Assembly (NCBI GenBank): GCA_038087875.1
Contig: CM076001.1
Span: 684,001 to 748,000 of the forward strand
Source of the DNA: Malacoraja senta
Taxonomy: Eukaryota
Direction: 5' to 3'
DNA: 64,000 nt
The notes beneath the pieces are model-generated. The model was given only the letters and a program-made list of their open reading frames with translations. It was not told the DNA's origin and ran no database searches. Positions 12,304-25,352 of the stretch are shown here, piece by piece (the stretch's first letter is position 1; each line of letters starts with the position of its first letter). Position numbers and translations under genes: made by a program.

Positions 12304-12444
12304 ATGTCAAGAATTCCGCGCCTGCAGAGATCATGGTCCCTGTCCGATGAATCAGAAGCTGCGGATGGAGCAGAGCTGGAACCCGAACCAGAAGATCTAG
12401 ACTGGGATAACTACAGTGTAACCCTGGAGGAAAAGATTAATGTC
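12304..12444 (+). CDS. Candidate first coding exon (47 aa: MSRIPRLQRSWSLSDESEAADGAELEPEPEDLDWDNYSVTLEEKINV) of a myosin-rod protein
   Basis: ATG with G at -3 and an in-frame TGA at 12298-12300; open frame to a phase-0 donor GTC|GTATGT, compatible with the phase-0 exon at 16539; non-repetitive sequence. Too short to appear in the supplied ORF track. Confidence 0.55.
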
Positions 12445-13820
12445 GTATGTATTCCATTTCACTTGTGAATTCCCCTTTCCCAACAACTTCTGTTTCACCC
12501 TGCCAGTGTGAAAGAATGAGCGTGCTGTTTGAAGCCGCTGTAACATTAGCCAATGAAAAGGGCTTGGGAGGAAAGGAAAACCTGAAGCAGATTGCACTAA
12601 GCCTGTTTTTGAGTACACTGTAATTGAACGCAGTCGGATTGTTAGCCATTCCACAGATAATTTCAGCCTGCCATGAAAACTCAGTTTAACTCTTTAGGGC
12701 ACTGCCTTGCAGCGATTTAAAAAAAAATTTAACAAATGCTCTGCTTGCTAGCGATTTGAATAATATTGTTATCAATGTTAATGGGCTTTTTCTGACATAA
12801 TACTTGTTATTTAAATTTCCCACTCGGATCTAACAAAGGTTACAAAATATATATTAATTTCTATATTAAGAAAGACATGTGTTAAATCTGCAGATTTGAG
12901 TTTGCACGTTTAATTCAAGGTTCGAACGTACCCATGGTTAGTGTAAAGGGTAGTTCATTGCAGTAATTCAAAGGGTTGGCCTTTGCTCCTAAGGTTGGTT
13001 TCTGACACGCATCGGAATTATAGAGTTGCATTTAACCTTAAGCTGGTTTGAAGCATGATCAGTGAGTATTACAGAAGATGAAGGAGTAAGCTGATGGTCC
13101 CATACAATAAATGAAAGATTTGGTGTTCATTATGCCCCATGCCATTAATGCCTCTAGGCAGGTGTTTAGGGCTCTCCCAGATAGCAACCCTCACAGCAGA
13201 ATGTAAAGTCATGGTGAAGTGTGGTTTTAATGTCTGCTTTCCCTGAATCTGTTAGCCTCTGTCCCTCGACCATCTGTGTTTGATGGTTTCCTTGTGGTCG
13301 GCATTTGCTCGCATTTTAATCCCCTGATCTCATTTGTCACGTTTCCATGGATGCCGTGTTTCCTGGTTCAGGGCATCTCTGACAATTAATAACTAGGTGC
13401 CCGTTGGTCTGTCTGTTCACAGTGCTTAATTTCTATGATTTTATGCATTTAAGCACCAATGATTTTCAGATCCTCCATAACCCAATGCTTTTTGAATGCC
13501 TGGTTTCCCTGGTAGTCAACGTTGGGTTTGAAATTTCCAAGAATTCTTGCTCTTCTGTATTTATGGTACTCGTTAGATTTGTTGGCTAATTGCTGGGAAC
13601 TTTAGTGTGACATGTAGGCAGTTCCCCATTATTGAACAATGAACACAGCACTCACAATTATTTGTGTGCAGTGCTAATGTAATTTTCTTAAAGCATCATT
13701 TTGGGTATTAAAAACAACATTAATAGATTTTTTAAGTTACTGCATAACAAGGATGGAGTATTGTACATAATTTAATTCTTTATCTGCAATGTTGCTATTG
13801 TTTGGTTATGGTCAGAGTCA

Positions 13821-14030
13821 AGGGCCTGTCCAATTTGGCCGTCATTTGTGCATCATTTACGCATCATGACGTGCGCATGGCGTGCATTATGCGTGCATGG
13901 CGTGTGGTGAGGCGTGGTGGTGTAGGCAGTGACGTGCGGTAGCAAGCGGCGCCACATGTTTTTGGGATTCACAAAATCTTCGCGAGCCACCTGCGTGACA
14001 CGCAAATGACGCCCAAGTGGGACAGGCCCT
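13821..14030. mobile_element. PIF/Harbinger-type MITE
   Basis: TIRs AGGGCCTGTCC...GGACAGGCCCT (imperfect over ~30 bp) and 3-bp TSD TCA (13818-13820, 14031-14033); inserted in the tail of a CR1. Confidence 0.8.
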
Positions 14031-14485
14031 TCAGAGAGTGTGGAAACAGGCCCTTCAGCCCAACTTGCCCACACCGGCCAACATGTCCCAGCTACACTAG
14101 TCCCACCTGCCTGCACTTGGTCCATACCACTCCAAACCTGCCCTATCCATGTACCTGTCAAACTGTTTCTTAAACATTTGGATAGTCCCAGCCTCATCTA
14201 CCTCCTCTGGCAGCTTGTTCCATACACCCACCACCCTTTGAGTGAAAAAGTCACCCCTCAGATTCCTATTAAATCTTTTCCCCTTCACCTTGAACCTATG
14301 TCCTCTGGTCCTGGATTCCTCTACTCTGGGCAAGAGACTCTGTGCATCTACCTTTCCTCTCATGACTTTATACACTTCTATAAGATCACCCCTCATCCTC
14401 CTATGCTCCAAGGAATAGAGACCCAGCCTGTAAAATGTTTCCTGATAGCTCACACCCTCTAGTCCTGGCAACATCCTCGTGAATG
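14031..14485 (-). mobile_element. CR1 3' fragment (second subfamily)
   Basis: FTRMLPGLEG...LGLYSLEHRRMRGDLIEVYK...FFTQRVVGVWNKLPEE. Confidence 0.92.
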
Positions 14486-16538
14486 ACATGCATTTAGTTT
14501 TGTTAATGTTGTAGAGAAGGCTAAGTTATTTCTCATGATGAGTATAATGATCTGGGATTTGCTGTCAGAGACGTTGAGCAAAAAATGTAGGAAGGAACGG
14601 CAGATGCTGGTTTAAATCGAAGATAGATGCAAATAGCTGGTCAGGCAGCGTCTCTCGAGAAAAGGAACATGTGATCTTTCAGGTCGAGGTGTCTGAAGAA
14701 GGGTTTCGACCTGAAACGCCACCTATTACTTTTCTCCAGACATGCTGCCTGTCCCCGCTGAGTTACTCCAGCTTTTTGTGTCTACCAACAGTGGATGAAA
14801 AAGGCTAAATAACAATTGAACAGAACTAGACAATAATTTGAAAATAAAATAGTGCATCACGAGAAAATCATGTAATCTGGAGCGTTTTTAAGAGTCAACA
14901 GGATGGGTAGAGTAACCTCCTGCTGATTTGCAGGACTCAATGTCAAGTTGTCTGCCTCAAAACTTTCACCATCAATTTAACAATTTAACCTTTTGTTAAC
15001 TTGTAAAATTCTCTCAGTGCCTTGGTCGTAAACAGCAGGGGTAATTAAGTTTAATTGTCAGTCTCAGTTGGAGCTACAGTTAAAGCTGGCAGAATCAATG
15101 AAAATTAATTAGAGACACAAATGTCGATCAGTGTCCAGAAACTCTTTTTCTGGAAAGCATATTTGTGTAGATGTCAGATGAGAAGCCAGCTAAAACATGA
15201 CCTCTCACGTGAGCTTGTATTCACTGTCTGAGCTCACACATCAGTAATGGCCACCTGTGTAGGAAGGAACTGCAGATGCTGGTTAACACCAAAGATAGAC
15301 ACAAAATGCTGGAGGAACTCAGTGGGACAGGCAGCATCTCTGGAGATGTTTTGGGTCGAGACCTGGCCACCTCATGTGCCCTCGATAACCCAGGGAAAAA
15401 TCTCTGGCACCTTTCAAGAGAGAAATTGGGAGAAAGGAAGAGAAACAAAGCAATCAGCCAGAAATTGTTGTCATGTTGAGCAAAGTTTGGTTCTGTTAAA
15501 GTTTGTGATTTTACTTTAAGCAGTAAGCTCGTCATGGGAGGGATCCTAGAAAGACAACAGACCCAAGCAATGGCAACAAAATAAACTAATATCAGCCAGT
15601 CTCAGTTCCCTAGAGAAAAGGGGGAGGTGTTTCGGGTTGAAACTACTGAGTTTTTGTGTCTATCTTCAGTTTAAACCAGCATCTGCAGTTCCTTCTTAAA
15701 CAGTCTCAGTTCTGTTGGCTTAACTCCCTTTCACTGTGGCCCTCACTGATTCCCAAGGCCAATGTTCCCCAGTGAGCTCGCAAGAATATTGCTCATTTTC
15801 TGTTTTCTATAAAAAAGTCAATAATTATAAGTATAGGGAAGCCTCCATTTGTACAGCAGTCGCTCATAACTCTGTAAAATAGAGCTGCTTTTTAAAGAAG
15901 GCTTCTTGTATATTTGTGTTACTCGGACTTTTATTGCAGTAGTTGGGGGTTGACTTAATTACAGAAAGTCTTTCAATGTTTCTGCTGGATTATATCTGGA
16001 GGTAACATTCTGCATGTGTAGAGGCTCCTTTTGTCTGGCCATTTGCCAAGTATTCTTATACTTGTGCGAGAGTGTAATTAGATATGCGGGGATAACCATG
16101 CATTGCATGGCAAAGGTATCTAACTATTTTTAAATGCCATCCCATTGTTTGGGATTCTTGTAGGGCAGTTGAGAACGAAGTAAAAATCCTGAGAGTGGAC
16201 CTATTAGACTAGCTTGGGAAAGCTAGTTTAACTTGAGAGGAGAGTTTTAATTTTCCTTCGGAGTTATTCTGCGTGTTGATGTTGTAATTGGATCTGGTGG
16301 TGCAGGATGGAGGTCGACAGTGGAGTTTTCTTTGTACAGTTAACTCTCCTGTTCTGAATTGGAACCTGGTCTTCATTTAGTGGGGGAATGCAGAGAGTGC
16401 TGGTCCACTCACTCACTCACACACACATACACTCACTCACACACACACACACACAAAGCTCTCGCTTCGGCATAGACGGAAACAATGCAGACCGTAAATC
16501 AAAGTCCTGCCCTGAACTGCTGCCAATCATGTTCACAG

Positions 16539-16766
16539 GAGCAGGGGGAGCTGGCTGCCTGTGAGCAGCGCTGCTCTCAGCTGCTGAAGGCGAAGCTGGA
16601 TCTGGAGACTCAGGTCGCTGATCTGAGTGAGCGGCTGCTGGAGGAGGAGATCACTGCCACTGAACTGAGCGCACAGAGATGTCAGCTGCAAGCCGAGTGC
16701 CGCACTCTCAAGACAGGCATTGAAGAATTGGAGTCCACGCTGGTCAAAGCGGAGAGGGAGAAGCAG
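16539..16766 (+). CDS. Myosin heavy chain rod (S2 coiled-coil) exon, MYH16-like
   Basis: Acceptor TTCACAG|GAG and donor AAGCAG|GTGAGT, 228 nt, phase 0-0. EQGELAACEQRCSQLLKAKLDLETQVADLSERLLEEEITATELSAQRCQLQAECRTLKTGIEELESTLVKAEREKQ aligns by eye, without gaps, to the sarcomeric MYH segment EQ..L..AEERC..L.K.K..LE......ERLE.EE.....L.A..RKLE.EC..LK..I..LE.TL.K.EKEK. The K.DLE.Q..D and terminal EKQ resemble MYH16 as I recall it. Confidence 0.85.
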
Positions 16767-17534
16767 GTGAGTGGTGTTCTGTACCCCGTTCAAACCCAAC
16801 CAATGCATAACCAATTGGCCGAGCAATAACGTGCCCCGATTAGAATCTCTGTTAACTTGGGGGCAACAATTGATAGCGCGGAGTCTTTTAATCATTTAAG
16901 CAACAGCTGAGTGCAAGCAAATGTGGAACAGGCATTCGGCAGAGGAGGATGTGACAGTTCTACCTTGTATTTAGAGTAGCAAGGTCCTAGTATAATAATA
17001 CAGCACGGCAAAAGGCCCTTCGGCCCGACCGGTCAATCAAACTGTTCCATCAAAGCTGCTCCCATTTCCTCGCATTTGGCCTATCCATGTCCCTGTTCAA
17101 ATGGTTTTTTTTTTAATGGTGTATTGTACTTGCCTTGACTACATCCTTTGGCAGCTCTTTCCATATATGTGAAAAAAAGTTGCCTCTCGAGTTCCTATTA
17201 AATTTCCCCCCTCTCAACTGAAACCTATGCCCGCTGGCTTGATTCCCCAACTCTGGGAGAAAGACTGTGCATTCACCCTCATGATTTTATAAACCTCCAG
17301 GCTGCTGCTCCAAGGATAAAGTCCTAGACTGCCCACTCTCACCCTATTACTTAGGTGTTCGACTTCTGGCAACATTCACGTAGATCTCTATTTGAAAGTA
17401 AATTCTTTGAAAACTTAACTAGGCTGAGGTTTTTCATACAACTGAAACGAAAATGTTGCACTGTGGGGCCAGATTTTAGTGTTTGAATATATTATAAATG
17501 TACCTATACAGGTAAGCTCACCTGAGGTGAGAGC

Positions 17535-17778
17535 TGCAAGGTGATGCAGCGGTAGAGTTGCTGCCTTGACGACCCGGGTTTGATCTTGACTACGGGTGCT
17601 GTCTGTACGGAGTTTGTATGTTCTTCCTGTGACCGCATGGGTTTTCTCCAAGATCTTCGGTTTCCTCCCAAACTCCAAAGACATGCAGGTTTGTAAGAAT
17701 GTGCAAGGACTGCTGGTTGGTGCAGACTCATTGAGCCGAAGGGCCTGTTTCCGTGCTGTATCACTAAACTAAACTAAA
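17535..17778 (+). mobile_element. tRNA-derived V-SINE (HE1-like)
   Basis: Degenerate A/B boxes, central GTTTGTATGTTCTTCCTGTG domain, CR1-like tail GCCGAAGGGCCTGTTTCC and (CTAAA)n. Confidence 0.8.
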
Positions 17779-18051
17779 GGTGGTACTGCATTTTTGTGCA
17801 TTTGTGAAGGTTGGAATATAATATATCTTAAAAGGTACATTATATTACTCAGGAACTTCTTGAATCTTTGTATAAAGTTACATTTCACGTTTAGATTTTC
17901 AAATGTTCCATTTATTTATTTATTTGAAAGGATGGCTGGTCCTTTAATGACTTTATCACTCAGTGATGGTGAAAGGGGCACTGCCCTTTCTTGCTCAGAC
18001 TGAAGAAGGGTCTCGACCCAAATCATCGCCCATTCCTTCTCTTCAGAGATG

Positions 18052-18706
18052 AGAATAGACAACAGGTGCAGGAGTAGGCCATTCGGCCCCTCGAGCCAGC
18101 TCTGCCATTCAATTAGATCATGGTTGATCATCCACAATCAGTACCTCATTCCTGCCTTCTCCCCATATCCCTTGACTCGGCTATCTTTAAGAGCTCTATC
18201 TAGCTCTCTCTTGAAAGCATCCAGAGAACCAGCCTCCACCACCCTCTGAGGTAGAGAATTCCACAGACTCACAACTCTGTGTGTGAAAAAGTTTTTCCTC
18301 ATCTCCGTTCTAAATGACTTGCCCTTTATTCTTAAACTGTGGCCCCTGGTTCTGGACTCCCCCAACATCGGGAACATGTTTCCTGCCTCTAGCATGTCCA
18401 AACCCTTAATAATCTTATATGTTTTAATAAGATCCCCTCTCATCCTTCTAAAATCCAGAGTATACAAGCCCAGCCACTCCATTCTATCAACATATGACAG
18501 TCCCGCCATCCCAGGAACTAACCTGGTGAATCTACGCTGCACTCCCTCAATAGCAAGAATGTCCTTCCTCAAATTGGGAGACCAAAACCCCTCACAATAG
18601 TCCAGGTGTGGTCTCACTAGGGCCCTGTACAACTGCAGAAGGACCTCTATTCACTCAACTCCTCTTGTTATGAAGGCCAACATGCCATTTGCTTTCTTCA
18701 CTGCCT
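18052..18706 (-). mobile_element. CR1 3' fragment inserted into a Penelope-derived terminal repeat unit
   Basis: ORF 18138-18632 YRALVRPHLDYC...RGDLIKTYKI; flanks at 17996-18050 and ~18715-18800 are two halves of the CTGAAGAAGGGTCTCGACCC...GCTGAGTTACTCCAGC unit. Confidence 0.88.
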
Positions 18707-18999
18707 GAAGAAGTGCCTGTCTGTCTGCCTGTCCTGCTGAGTTACTCCAGCATTTTATGTCTATCTTCGGTGCAAACCAGCATCTGCAGTTTCTTCCTAC
18801 ACTCCCTTTACCTGATATATTGTTATGGGTTGGAATGAAGGCAGGACTGTTGGATACTACGTTGATTGAGAAGAGAAGGAAGTGTGGATCAAGAATGAGA
18901 AATTGAAGATATATATATATATTTTTTTAAGTTCTAACAGAGTTGGTGATATTTAAAAGCTGATAAATCTTTTTGAAAGAAGTAGTTGTAAAAATAGTG

Positions 19000-20400
19000 G
19001 ATACACTGGATATCATTCCATGGAGAATGGAATGGCTACTGGGAAATTAGATATGACCCCTGGTATTTATGAAAGGAGTAAGAGAGGAAAGAGAACTACT
19101 CACCTGTTAGCCTAACATCAATGATAGCGACATTTTCAAATCAACAATAAAGGATGTAATAATTGAATGTTGTGGAAAGAATAACTGTATTTAACAGAAT
19201 CAGCATGACATGAAAGAAAGATCATGTTTGATTAAAAGCAAATCGAGTTGTTTGAGAATGTGATGAGATGCAAAGGTAAGGGGAACTAATAGATATAGTG
19301 GATCAAAATACAGAAGTGCTGGAGGAACTCGGCGGGTCAGAGACCACTTGGGGGGGGGGGGGAATGAATGGGCGACGTTTTGGGTCAGGTCCCTCCTTCA
19401 GACTGGTGAAGCAGAGATGGTTCTTTAGAAGGCTTTCAACTCTTTTGTACACAAGGGCTGGCCAACAGACGATGAGCAATTGGGAGTAATAGACTGAGGT
19501 AAATTAAGAATTGGTTATCAGACATGAGGCAATGGAAATAAATGTCTCCGTCTCTGGTTGACTGGGATCTGTGCTTGGGCCTCATTTGGTCTGCACTAAT
19601 GATTAAGCTGAGGAGATCAAATTCCATATTTCCATACTTGTACTGATGGTACAAACTGAGGTGTGAAGGAATCCAGCTGAGTTGGTTGAGCGGGATAGAA
19701 CTTGGTCGATGTAATAGAATGTGGAAACATGAAGTCATGATGTTGGTGAAAAAGCAAAGTATATGTTTAAAGTTTGGGTAATGGGAAATCTTTGTGTCTT
19801 GGAAATCTAATGCACTGATAGAGCAGGCAATTAGGAGGACAAATGGTATGTTGAATTTTATAACAAGCAATTTAATACAGGAGTGCAGGTGTTTTACTGT
19901 AATTCAATAGGACCTGGTGTAGTGTGTAGATTTTCTTTTCTTTTACATAAAAAAAGATATGTATGCTTAGGAGAGAGGGCAGTAAAGATTCTTTGAAAGG
20001 ATTCAAGGGGTTCTGAGTCTACCAAACAGGGTGTGATGAGGCTTAGTCCTAACAGTTTTGGAGAATGAGGAAAGATCACACTGGAATATCAGAGCTGGAC
20101 ATGAGAGGTGTGTTCCTCTGGCTGAGGAGTGCAGAACCAGTCTCTGAACAAAGTGTAAGCTGTTACTATTAGGGCCGAGATGAAACATTCTTCTATGCGG
20201 AGTCATGAATCTTTGAATCTCTGTAGCCCTCTCGGATACAACATTTAAGCCATTGAGTTTGTTAAACATAGATTGCATGATTTTTAGATAGGAATGAAAT
20301 CGAGGGACATGGGAATAGTTAAGAAAATGGCACTGAGGTGGCAGATCTGCCGTAATCTTGAAGAATGGTGAAGCGGGTTCGAGGGATCAGAACCAACTTT
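19000..20400 (+). mobile_element. Old, heavily degenerate CR1 ORF2 remnant
   Basis: Scattered residual CR1 motifs (CCTGTTAGCCTAACATCA, CAGCATG...AGATCATGTTTGATTAA, GGGATCTGTGCTTGGGCCTCA) in colinear order. Confidence 0.65.
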
Positions 20401-20519
20401 ACCGGTCCTTCGATCTGGTTGGTGGTGCTGAGAGGGGAAGAACATGTTCACGGAGCAACTTTGACTTCTATGCCCTTAAAGCTTGCTCTTCATTTCCCTT
20501 CACCCATTTACTCACCCAT

Positions 20520-21295
20520 CCGAGTGGGGGCGTTGTCGAGTATGGCTGCCCTGCCTGCAGCTGTTCGTCCTTTCACCCTTTAAAAATTTTTAGTTTGTTA
20601 AAAAGTTTTGTTTTGTAGGTCTAGTCTTTATATGTGGGGGGTGGGGGGGGAAACTGTTTTTCTCATTCCCCACCTGGTCGGAGATGCGGCTTTCCTCCGA
20701 GCCGCATCTTCGCCCCTTCCTCACGGCCTACCACCCGGCGGCGGCGCAGCGCTGAAGCACCATCGCGAAGCGGGCGATGCCTTACCGAGGGCCGTCATGT
20801 GGTAAGCTCCAGATTGCTGAGACCGCCGACTCCAACATCGCGGAGCTGTGGGGTCTGCGAAGCATCCAGCGGCGGGCGCCGCTGACTTTAAACACCGCGG
20901 AGCCTGTGATCTTTCGCCGACATCGCCAGTGTTGGAGCTCTGACCAGCGCGGCCTGTGGACTTTGGGAGCCGCTGTCTCTGGTAGCAAGCGGCCGTTCCA
21001 GACACTCCAAGCCGCTGAAGAGTGTATTTCCGACGCCAGAGCTCCATCATCCGGCGAGAGGGCCTGAAACATCGGGCTGCCATTGTGGCGACTGCAGAGG
21101 CCTCAAACAGTTGAGGACTGGACTTTGCTGCCTTCCCTCACAGTGAGAACCATTATGGGGGGATGTTTTTATTTTTAATGTTAAATTCTTCTTTAAAGTT
21201 GTGTTTTATTTTTTTTGGTGTGCTGCAATGGTAACTCAAATTTCACGACACCAATTGGTGTATGTGACAATAAATGCCCTTTGTCCTTTGTCCTA
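20520..21295 (+). mobile_element. CpG-rich non-autonomous interspersed repeat, unclassified
   Basis: Shares its layout (GGCG..ATGGC head, T-rich tract, G-run, GC-rich body, TTGC..CCTTC..TCACAGTGAG block, AATAAA plus short tandem tail) with 38875-39600. Confidence 0.6.
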
Positions 21296-21671
21296 TAGTA
21301 AATCGGGTCATATATACATGAGCCATATACAAACAAGCAGTGCACAATTAAACCAGGTAAAGAGAAAAATAGCAGTACAACATTTCTCTTTCTTGTTATT
21401 TTAGATCTGTATCTCCTTCGTCACCAACCAAATCTTGTCGGCATCTCTTATCTCTCACTTTTCTGAGTCTTGACTGGCCTTTATATCCTTTCTCACGAAT
21501 ACATTATCCAGGTCTGCATCAGCCTGTGTCATTACTGTTGAGATCCAGGAACATTGTGTTGGAAATGTCAATGTTCACAATTCTGCTGCATGATTTGGCT
21601 AACCAACTTTGTGGGCAACTTTGTAAGCATCCTCCTAGTTAGGGTTTCCAGCTGGATGTTGAATGGCAGTC

Positions 21672-21963
21672 TTTAGTTTAGTTTAGAGATACAGCTTGGA
21701 AGCAGGCCCTTCGGCCCTCTGAGTCCACACCAACCAGCGATCCCCGCACATTAACACTTCGGACAATTTTATATTTATGCCAAGCCAATTTAACTATAAA
21801 CCTGTACATCTTTGGAGTGTGGGAGGAAACCAAAGATCTCGGAGAAAACCCACGCAGTCACAGGGAGAATGTACAAACTCCTCACAGACAACACCCGTAG
21901 TCTGCAACAAACCCAGGTCTCTGGCGCTGCAAGGCAGCAAGTTTACCGCTGTGCCACCGTGCA
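21672..21963 (-). mobile_element. V-SINE (HE1-like)
   Basis: Reverse-complement copy with (CTAAA)n tail and tRNA-like head. Confidence 0.8.
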
Positions 21964-22233
21964 GCTCTTAAGCTGTAGTCAGCAGTAGAAATTCTAGTTT
22001 GACCTTCTGGTGTGGGTCGGCTAAAGCCTGAGATAGCAATGCCAATGCCTTCACTCTGTCCTCAAGTGATGGAAACCAGCTGCTATTTGTCACATTTACT
22101 ACAGTGACTAAATTTCAAATGTCCTTCCCTGACTGCAAAGCACTTTGTGATGGGCTGTGAACAGAGCAATGTTGGCCCAACCCCACACCTTGAATCCTGC
22201 TGCTTCTGGAGGGATATTATTGGTATTGTTTAA

Positions 22234-22526
22234 TTTAGTTTAGTTTAGAGATACAGCGTGGAAACAGGCCCTTCGGCCCACTGAGTCCGCAACGACCCCC
22301 GCACATTAACACTATCCTACACACACTAATGACAATTTACATTTACACCAAGCCAATTAACCTATAAACCTGTACATCTTTGGAGTGTGGGAGGAAACTG
22401 CAGATTTCGGAGAAAACCCACGCGTACAAACTCCGTACAGACAGCATCCGTAGTCGGGATTGCACCCGGGTCTCCGGTGCTGTAAGCGCTGTAAGACAGC
22501 AACTCTACCGCTGCGCCACCATGCCG
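22234..22526 (-). mobile_element. V-SINE (HE1-like)
   Basis: Same family; head GGCATGGTGGCGCAGCGGTAGAG on the minus strand. Confidence 0.82.
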
Positions 22527-23887
22527 CCTTTGGTTTATTATCGCCATGTGTACAGAAATACAGTGAAACGCACACAGGTAAAGAGAAAAATAGCATCGTA
22601 CAAACTATAGTTTTCACAATTGCAGCATTACAGTTCATAGAAAATGTCCAATGTCCACAATGAGGTCGGTTGGAAGATTGGGAGTATACCTTAGTGTAAG
22701 GAAAGATTATTTCAGAAGTCTGATAGCAGAGGGGAAGAAACTGTCCCTGTGTCTTGTCGTATGTAGTTTCAAGCTTTTGTATCTGCTGTTCAATGATAGT
22801 TGGGAAAAGATGGAATGACGAGTAAAAAGTTATTTTGGCTGCTTTCCTAAGGACGCATAAAGTATATATTGAATCTACGGTGAGGACTCCAGTCTAGGTG
22901 ATGGATTGGGCTACAACCACAACTCTCTGCAATGTCTTGCAATCATAGGCAGAACTGTTCCCCAAACCAATCTATGATGCAAGTAAAAATGTCATTGTTC
23001 AGGACACATGACAATAAAACACTCTTCTCTTGATGCAAACTGATAGTATGCTTTCTACAGAAGTTGGTAAGAGTCATTGGGGATATACCAAATTTCCTTC
23101 GTCTAATGAGGAAGTAGAGATGTTGCCATGGTTTTTTGGTTATAGCTTCAATATGACAGGTACTTATTTTTTTAAACTTAGAGATAGATAGATAGATTCT
23201 GGATTAGTACAGGTGTCAGGGGTTATGGGAAGGCAGGAGAATGGGGTTAGGAGGGAGAGATAGATCAGCCATGATTGAATGGTGGAATAGACCTGATGGG
23301 CCGAATGACCTAATGGAGTTGAATGTACCGATGGTGGAGAGCCTGTTCATGGCAAATCCACACACTAGATTAGTGAGCAGGTTATGAACGGAAGTACCAC
23401 TTGAAAGCACCGTGGACACTGCCATCTATATCTCCATTCATGCTCACTGGTGGGCTGCTAATTGTCCAGATTAGTTTGATTGTTCTTTTGTGGTCGGATG
23501 TAGCTAGACAATTCTGACATCTGACTTGGTCACAAAGGTTCCAAAGTTGTCGCTGTGCTGGAACTAATTGGCACGAAGCACAGCTATTTCAGAGGGGTTT
23601 TGCCAAAGCCATTGATGAGCATTATTAGTAGGCTGACCCATGATGTGTTGGTGTTTGTGTTAAAGAATTAAGTGTTAAAGAATTAAGTGTTAAAGAAGGA
23701 ACTGCAGATGCTGGAAAATCGAAGGTACACAAAAATGCTGGAGAAACTCAGCGGGTGCAGCAGCATCTATGGAGCGAAGGAAATAGGCAACGTTTCGGGC
23801 CGAAACCCTTCTTCAGGTTTCGGGCCGAAACCCTTCTGTTGGTGTTTCCTTTGGCAGCAGTTAGTGAGCCTCTGGAATTCCATGAAG

Positions 23888-24540
23888 AGAGTCAAGTCAA
23901 GAGTGTTTTATTGTCATATGTCCCAGATAAAACAATGACATTCTTACATGCAGCAGCACAGCAGAATATGTATACTTAGCACACTGAATATAATAAACAA
24001 AGACAAAAGTTCAGTGTGTGTATATATAAACATACACTACACACACATACACATACACAAACACATATGTACACATAAAACAAACATACCATAATAATGC
24101 AAAAAGCCAAAACTGATGCCCCCAAGTCTATGTAGTTCAGAGCTTATTTGGAGGTTGCATTGTTTAATAGCCTGATGACCATAGGGAAGAAGCTGTTCCT
24201 GCACCTAGACATTACAGTTTTCAGGCTCCTGTACCTTCTTCGTGATGGCAGGGGTGAAATGAGTGTGTGGCCAGGGTGGTGTGGGTCTCTGATGATGCTG
24301 GCTGCCTTTTTGAGACAGTGCAACCTGTAGATCCCTTCGATGATGAGGAGGTCAATGGACTCGGCAATGTTCACAACTTTTTGCAGTCTTTTCTCCTGGG
24401 CATTTAAATTGCCTAACCAGGCCGTGATGCAACCAGTCAATATGCTCTCTACTGTACACCTGTAGAAGTTCACAAGAGTCCTCTCTGACATACCGAATCT
24501 CCACAATCTTCTCAGGAAGCAGAGGCATTGATGGGCTACA
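23888..24540 (-). mobile_element. Rex1/Babar-clade LINE 3' fragment
   Basis: FLRRLWRFGMSERTLVNFYRCTVESILTGCITAW...IIRDPHHPGHTLISPLPSRRRYRSLKT...RNSFFP; AATAAA and (CTTGA)n tail. Confidence 0.85.
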
Positions 24541-25352
24541 TTGATTGAGATGCAGTATTCAAAGAGGGTCATATAATTTTTTGAATGGTCAAGGAATTGA
24601 GGGCTATGGGAGCTTGGCACAGAAGAGCAGAATGGCCTGGGACAGATCAGGCATGATAATATTGAATGGACAGGTGGGCTGTGGCCTGTTTTAGCTTCCA
24701 TTTCCTGGTATTTTAATCAATTGTTCATCAGCACATGCCAACTTAGATTTGATCCACTAGCTTGATGGTAATATTAGATTAAAAATTAGACGGGTACATG
24801 GATAGGACAGGTTGACAGGGATATTGGCCAAACGCGAGCTGGTGGGACTGGTGTAGCTAGGATATGTTGGATGGTATGGGCAAGTAGGTCCGAAGGGCCT
24901 GGTTCTGCACTGCATCACTCTATGACTCTATAAAAACTTATTACAGAATCCAGTTGCATGATAATGCAGTGATTGGTGTTAGTGCCTCATAGGTCCAGGA
25001 AACTCAGGTTCAATCCTGGCCTTGGGTGCTCTCTTGGTCTTAGGGGGGAGAGTATACATACAGTACCCTGGAAGTGTAAGGCACCAGTGCCAGCCACTAT
25101 GCTGTAAGTTGTGGCTTTCTTCCAGAGGCTCTGGTTTCCTCCCACTATTGACATTTTGTACATGTTACATAACAGTACATTACATTTTCCAAAGACCCTT
25201 CTATTTAAAGGCAGTGGTAACGTGGGCCCCAGTGATCATAAAGGAAGGACTGGAAACGAAGCCCTGGTGAGTTTAAAGGGAGTGTGGGAAATAAAATATG
25301 ATGAGCCTGGATTTCTAAACAATTGATTTTTGGAGTTTTGCTGTACTTATCT

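Noticed and set aside
16485..16829. 114-aa ORF as a single-exon gene
   Set aside because: Myosin similarity is confined to the segment between canonical splice sites (16539-16766), so the flanks look intronic.
20608..21083. Overlapping GC-rich ORFs as a host gene or CpG-island promoter
   Set aside because: They are open on both strands because of GC content and lie in a repeat related to 38875-39602.
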